Below are positions 47,298 through 49,702 of a DNA stretch of 49,702 bases, one piece after another. The notes under the pieces were generated by a model. It saw only the letters and a program-made list of their open reading frames with translations. It was not told where the DNA came from and did not search any database. This stretch comes from an uncultured Cyclobacteriaceae bacterium (GTDB lineage: Bacteria > Bacteroidota > Bacteroidia > Cytophagales > Cyclobacteriaceae): the NCBI GenBank assembly GCA_965365715.1, contig CBDUCT010000001.1, positions 1 to 49,702 on the forward strand, written 5' to 3'. Position 1 is the stretch's first letter, and the number at the start of each line of letters is the position of its first letter. Both the position numbers and the translations under genes were made by a program.

Positions 47298-47798
47298 TCA
47301 TTCCTGGGCTTCCATCCCATATTGAGACCATTCTTCCTTAGCGGGGCCATACAGACCGGGAACCTTTAAATTCAACAACCGCATCAGGATAGTCATTTGC
47401 GCCCGGTGATGAATCTGGTGTTTTACCAGGATAGACAGAATTTTCCGCCCTTCCCATTCCTGTCCGTATATTTTCATTTTACGGGTAAGATCAGCATCTG
47501 TCCAGTTGTTTTGAATAGCCCCGGCAAGTTTCTTACTGTGTTCCCGGTACAGGTCAATTATCACAGAAAAACTGGCAGGGATATCCATGTTTTCAAGGGG
47601 GTCTTTATCAGTGATGCCACAACTTTTTGGCATTTCTGTTACAGTTTGTGTTATATGCCATGCCAGGCGCTCGAGGGAACGTATGTTCTCGTTTTCTTTA
47701 ACAGATTTCTCAGAATCTGTGATATTTGAAAAAATTTTTAATGTGGAATCTGTTTCCTCATTCCACTCATTGACAAAATCATCGATTTTCAGATACAT
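47298..47798 (-). CDS. DinB-family (four-helix-bundle metalloenzyme-like) protein
   Basis: 166 aa. DinB-like His-containing helices (LAWHITQT..., HQIHHRAQM). Confidence 0.65.
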   Translation of the reverse strand: MYLKIDDFVNEWNEETDSTLKIFSNITDSEKSVKENENIRSLERLAWHITQTVTEMPKSCGITDKDPLENMDIPASFSVIIDLYREHSKKLAGAIQNNWTDADLTRKMKIYGQEWEGRKILSILVKHQIHHRAQMTILMRLLNLKVPGLYGPAKEEWSQYGMEAQE

Positions 47799-47873
47799 AG
47801 TATTTAAGATTATTAAACGTATCTAAGTTAATCATTTGCTACAGATAATAGAACAGAATTTATATCTCCTATG

Positions 47874-49580
47874 TTAAAGATGAGATAAAGCAAGCATAAA
47901 CCAGGCAGCATGCGGGATCCATTGCTCAGACCAGCGCCATTGATGGGTAGGATCATTATTATGAGGGAGGGGCATAAAGGCGATATCTGACTCGTTTTTA
48001 AATCCTGAGGTGATCCCATTGCAAATTCCCCCACGATAATTAACATTTACCGATTCAATATATTCCGGGTTATTATGTCCTATCCCATCAAGCATACATG
48101 TATTGAAGGGATTCAAACCTAGTATCCAGTTGATCTGATCCCTTGCGTATGCATCTGCTTTCTTTTTGGATTCGTTTGTAAGATATGATCTAGCCATTAG
48201 TAAAGCCGAAGCCAGGGAGGCAATCCGGGCGTTTTCCCCCTGCCACCAGTATCCAGTTTCATTGTTGTGGGGAATAAAAAATGATGCTTTCGGTATTGTT
48301 TTATCCACTGCTTTTATATATTGTCTTGGGTAGCCGAATGGATTTGTGATTTCATTTGAAATTTCAATTTCAAAATCCACTGCAGTCTGGATGCTCAATA
48401 TTATTTCCTCTCGAATATCTTTATCCTCTTCTATCTCCAGAAACTTACACAAAGCAATCAAGGGTAATCCGGCATCCGAGGCATGGAAAAAGGGTCTAAG
48501 GCCTTCTTCGTCAGCCCGCCACCAGCCAGAGTAATTAGAATCGGTATACAGACGGTTGATCAACATCTGGGACCTTGTTCTGGAGTGATCCAGATAGCGC
48601 TCATCATTTATTGTTTTGTACAATTCTACAGCAGCCAGTAGAAAACAATAGTCATCAATGATATTTTCTGTTTTATCATCCAGATAATCCAGGTTATTTA
48701 TTAACAGATGATCAAATCCTAGCTCGGCCGTTTGTATATATTGTTCTTTTGAGAATTCGCCCCCGACACCGGCTCTGCCTGCCCTGGCCAATGCAGCTAT
48801 GGCCATTCCACCACCCTGTCGAAAACCAGCCTGATATTCGGCCGACCGGACACCATTCTGCCCTTTGTAGGAACATATCTCCCGCTTTTCCGGATCCCCA
48901 CTCCAATTATCGAAGACAGTCATATAAAAATATCCTTCAGGGTCCTGCATCCTGACGAGAAAATCAGCTCCATAACCAGCTTCTTCAAGGAGTTCTGAAC
49001 GATAACTGGTATTTACAAGATTTCCATGATCATTTATTTCAGCTACTTCAAGCATACTCCATACGACCAAGGGGATTTGTTGAGGATTCATGAAATTTGC
49101 AAAGCTCAAATGACTCAAGTACTTACTCACATCACCGGATGCATCATACCACCCGCCATGAACATCAACCAGATCATTTCTATCCCCAAAAAAAGAGATT
49201 TGCTTATCTTTCTCCTCATATTTTTTTTCCGGATGGCCGGATTGAAAGCCTTCCAATATGAGTGGTAAACAGGAATTCTGAATTATTTTTTTTCCAATTC
49301 TGAACCAACTGCTTTTTATATGCTGTTTTTTAATATTGCAGGATATCTGATAGTAACCTTCAGATTGAAAGTCAGAGAAATCCCCTGCTAATGCATATCC
49401 TGTGTGCCACTGATCAGTTATTCCACCATTTGTAAACTTACCTTCAAACAAAATTTCACTATTTGAATTTCTTATGCAAAAAGTTTCCGGGTGGTGGTTT
49501 TCCAGGGACTGGAATATTACCTTTTTCGCTGAAGAAGGTTCATATCCAATATGATTGACCAGCAATATAGAGTTCTGCAT
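47874..49580 (-). CDS. Glycoside hydrolase family 9 enzyme with an N-terminal Ig-like (CelD_N-type) domain and no signal peptide
   Basis: DVHGGWYDASGDVSKY resembles the GH9 GGWYDAGD motif. The remainder looks like an (alpha/alpha)6 barrel. The N-terminus LVNHIGYEPSSAKKVIF is typical of the Ig-like domain. Confidence 0.8.
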   Translation of the reverse strand: MQNSILLVNHIGYEPSSAKKVIFQSLENHHPETFCIRNSNSEILFEGKFTNGGITDQWHTGYALAGDFSDFQSEGYYQISCNIKKQHIKSSWFRIGKKIIQNSCLPLILEGFQSGHPEKKYEEKDKQISFFGDRNDLVDVHGGWYDASGDVSKYLSHLSFANFMNPQQIPLVVWSMLEVAEINDHGNLVNTSYRSELLEEAGYGADFLVRMQDPEGYFYMTVFDNWSGDPEKREICSYKGQNGVRSAEYQAGFRQGGGMAIAALARAGRAGVGGEFSKEQYIQTAELGFDHLLINNLDYLDDKTENIIDDYCFLLAAVELYKTINDERYLDHSRTRSQMLINRLYTDSNYSGWWRADEEGLRPFFHASDAGLPLIALCKFLEIEEDKDIREEIILSIQTAVDFEIEISNEITNPFGYPRQYIKAVDKTIPKASFFIPHNNETGYWWQGENARIASLASALLMARSYLTNESKKKADAYARDQINWILGLNPFNTCMLDGIGHNNPEYIESVNVNYRGGICNGITSGFKNESDIAFMPLPHNNDPTHQWRWSEQWIPHAAWFMLALSHL

Positions 49581-49658
49581 ATTAAAGATCTGTCTTTATT
49601 TCTTCATTAGAGTAGTTCATATTGTTATCATATGGAATTAACTGCTGTTCGAATTTAA

Positions 49659-49688
49659 TAAAAAAGCCTGCCGGAACATCCGGCAGGC
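49659..49688 (-). terminator. Rho-independent terminator of a minus-strand gene lying beyond the right window edge
   Basis: 9-bp GC-rich stem gcctgccgg (49666-49674) / ccggcaggc (49680-49688) with loop aacat. The plus-strand A-run 49659-49665 is a T-tail on the minus strand. Confidence 0.7.
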
Positions 49689-49702
49689 TCAATTTATTAT
49701 TG

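Noticed and set aside
1-49702. CRISPR arrays, tandem repeat arrays, IS elements and terminal inverted repeats
   Set aside because: My visual scan of all intergenic regions longer than 100 bp showed only AT-rich promoter-like DNA, short hairpins and the short motif repeats reported above. I saw no regularly spaced direct repeats and no transposase-like ORFs. An exhaustive repeat search was not possible by eye.

Overview
About 50 kb of low-GC chromosomal DNA. Many lipoprotein, Sec and Tat leaders, no Shine-Dalgarno motifs and a TAnnTTTG-type promoter upstream of a tRNA suggest a Bacteroidota-like host (inference). I call 35 CDS (one is a speculative small ORF), 3 pseudogene-like loci, one tRNA-Asn(GUU) and several rho-independent terminators. 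Housekeeping genes include HtrA, Hsp20, MutS, a SpoU/TrmH methyltransferase, Ogt, GH77 MalQ with tandem CBM20, an ABC-2 exporter pair, a GntP permease and a beta-CASP MBL nuclease. I saw no transposase, integrase, CRISPR array, restriction-modification, toxin-antitoxin or recognisable defence genes, so no canonical system stands out. The most unusual observations are these. (i) The left edge has a frame-switching junction between a phage UvsX-type recombinase fragment and a 5'-truncated class II ribonucleotide reductase. (ii) Eight co-directional genes (6165-18084) mostly carry export signals. They include a DoxX fusion with an internal Tat-like motif, a DegT aminotransferase with a Tat-like leader, an orphan Tat-exported molybdopterin subunit, and a KdaD-like/KGSADH pair. 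(iii) A secreted FAD oxidoreductase is tightly linked to a small exported protein carrying an exact ApbE-type flavinylation motif (DALTGAT). (iv) A fatty-acid desaturase is paired with a divergent M19-like amidohydrolase. (v) There is a stand-alone TM plus left-handed-beta-helix module of the kind seen at Pls/NRPS C-termini. (vi) A GH2 gene is split by a single in-frame TAA. All assignments rest on motif recognition by eye and remembered family signatures, with no database searches.
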